NCBI GenBank assembly: GCA_043813875.1
Contig: JBDRKP010000074.1
Location: 1 to 8,095, forward strand
Length of the DNA stretch: 8,095 nt
Direction of reading: 5' to 3'
From: an archaeon
GTDB lineage: Archaea; EX4484-52; B79-G9
The position numbers and the translations under genes were made by a program. Below the pieces are notes generated by a model. That model saw nothing but the letters and a program-made list of their open reading frames with translations. It had not been told where the DNA came from and did not search any database. Below, one piece after another: positions 7,233 through 8,095 of this stretch; the first letter of the stretch is position 1; each line of letters begins with the position of its first letter.

Positions 7233-7913
7233 ATGATTGAATTCTTCATAATTGCGTTAATTTCCATAGCCCTCCTAAATACAAAATCATTTGATATTAC
7301 GTCTATAATCCTTTCAGCAATATACGGGCTGGTGATATGGCGGCTGGAGGGATTTGAATGGTTCCTTATCCTTTTGACTTTTCTTGTGACGTCCCTTTAC
7401 GCCACGCGCTGCGGACGCGAAAATAAGGAAAAAAAGTACGAATTCCGCGGGGCAGACAATGTGTTATCAAACGGGCTTGTGCCGTTTATGAGCGCGGTTT
7501 TCGGATACCCTTATTTTTATCTCGGCAGCATCTCGGCAGCATTGTCCGATACACTGGGATCGGAAATCGGCAAGCTTTCGAAGGAGAAACCAGTGTCAAT
7601 ATTGAATCCACATAAGAAGATAGAGCCCGGAACGAATGGAGGCGTCACAAAAACAGGCACTTTCGCAACAATAATCGGGGGCACTATTATCGGAATTCTT
7701 GCGATAATATTCTATAGCAGTTTTGTAAAAAACGATGTCTCTTCATACATATTATTCTTTGCTGTTGTTGCGGGAGGTGTATTCGGTTCGGTTGTTGATA
7801 GCCTTCTTGGACTATTATTTGAAAACCGGAAGATGATGACAAACGGATCCGTGAATTTCACTGCAACATTGTGCGGAGGAATCATTACTACAATCATCGT
7901 GTTTTTTTTATGA
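7233..7913 (+). CDS. DUF92 (TMEM19/TIGR00297-type) integral membrane protein
   Basis: 226 aa with several hydrophobic helices and the family motifs RGADNVLSNG, AALSDTLGSEIG, PGTNGGVT..GT, GSVVDSLLG and NGSVNFTAT. A GAGG RBS-like sequence lies upstream, 14 nt after the ATPase stop. Confidence 0.92.
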   Translation: MIEFFIIALISIALLNTKSFDITSIILSAIYGLVIWRLEGFEWFLILLTFLVTSLYATRCGRENKEKKYEFRGADNVLSNGLVPFMSAVFGYPYFYLGSISAALSDTLGSEIGKLSKEKPVSILNPHKKIEPGTNGGVTKTGTFATIIGGTIIGILAIIFYSSFVKNDVSSYILFFAVVAGGVFGSVVDSLLGLLFENRKMMTNGSVNFTATLCGGIITTIIVFFL

Positions 7914-8021
7914 TGCATCAATCAAATTAATGAGAATATGATTCGCAAATGGAAGGGTGCTGTTGTACAACCTCGAACAATAAGTACTCCTTATGACTAT
8001 AATCATCTAGGGTGATACTTG

Positions 8022-8095
8022 ATGATAGCATCTAGAGATAAAACAACAACTAGGAAATCCAAAACTAAAAAGACACGCCGGACTCCAATAGATTG
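8022..8095 (+). CDS. Probable 5' end of a downstream gene (partial; MIASRDKTTTRKSKTKKTRRTPID...)
   Basis: GGGTGA RBS-like motif at 8010-8015, then TTG/ATG at 8019/8022 and an open frame to the window edge. It is too short to identify. Confidence 0.45.
   Translation, partial: MIASRDKTTTRKSKTKKTRRTPID

Noticed and set aside
707..7921. Remaining ORFs nested in or antisense to the main genes (e.g. 707-976, 2176-2448, 4489-4917, 6045-6488, 6879-7211, 7712-7921)
   Set aside because: They are shadow frames of well-supported CDSs with no independent protein motifs.

Overview
Archaeal genomic window. The archaeosine tRNA-guanine transglycosylase, TATA boxes and GGTGA-type RBS point to Archaea; the compact gene set is compatible with a DPANN-type lineage, which is inference only. 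It holds seven complete CDSs: an Xaa-Pro peptidase (-), a radical-SAM protein (-), archaeosine TGT tgtA (+), a membrane-anchored OB-fold protein (-), a 2H phosphoesterase thpR (-), an ExeA-like AAA+ ATPase with a probable winged helix (+) and a DUF92 membrane protein (+). A further gene probably starts at the right edge. Highlights: (1) the radical-SAM gene looks like a single-chain fusion of a RaSEA-like domain and a minimal ArcS domain (exact PC-X3-KPY-X2-S-X2-H motif). It lies head-to-head with tgtA and may give a two-gene archaeosine module. (2) A ~100-150 bp structured MITE-like repeat occurs in both divergent intergenic regions, with compensatory stem changes; one copy carries a 52-bp insert of two 26-bp hairpins. 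(3) A GC-rich folded element lies just past the peptidase stop codon.
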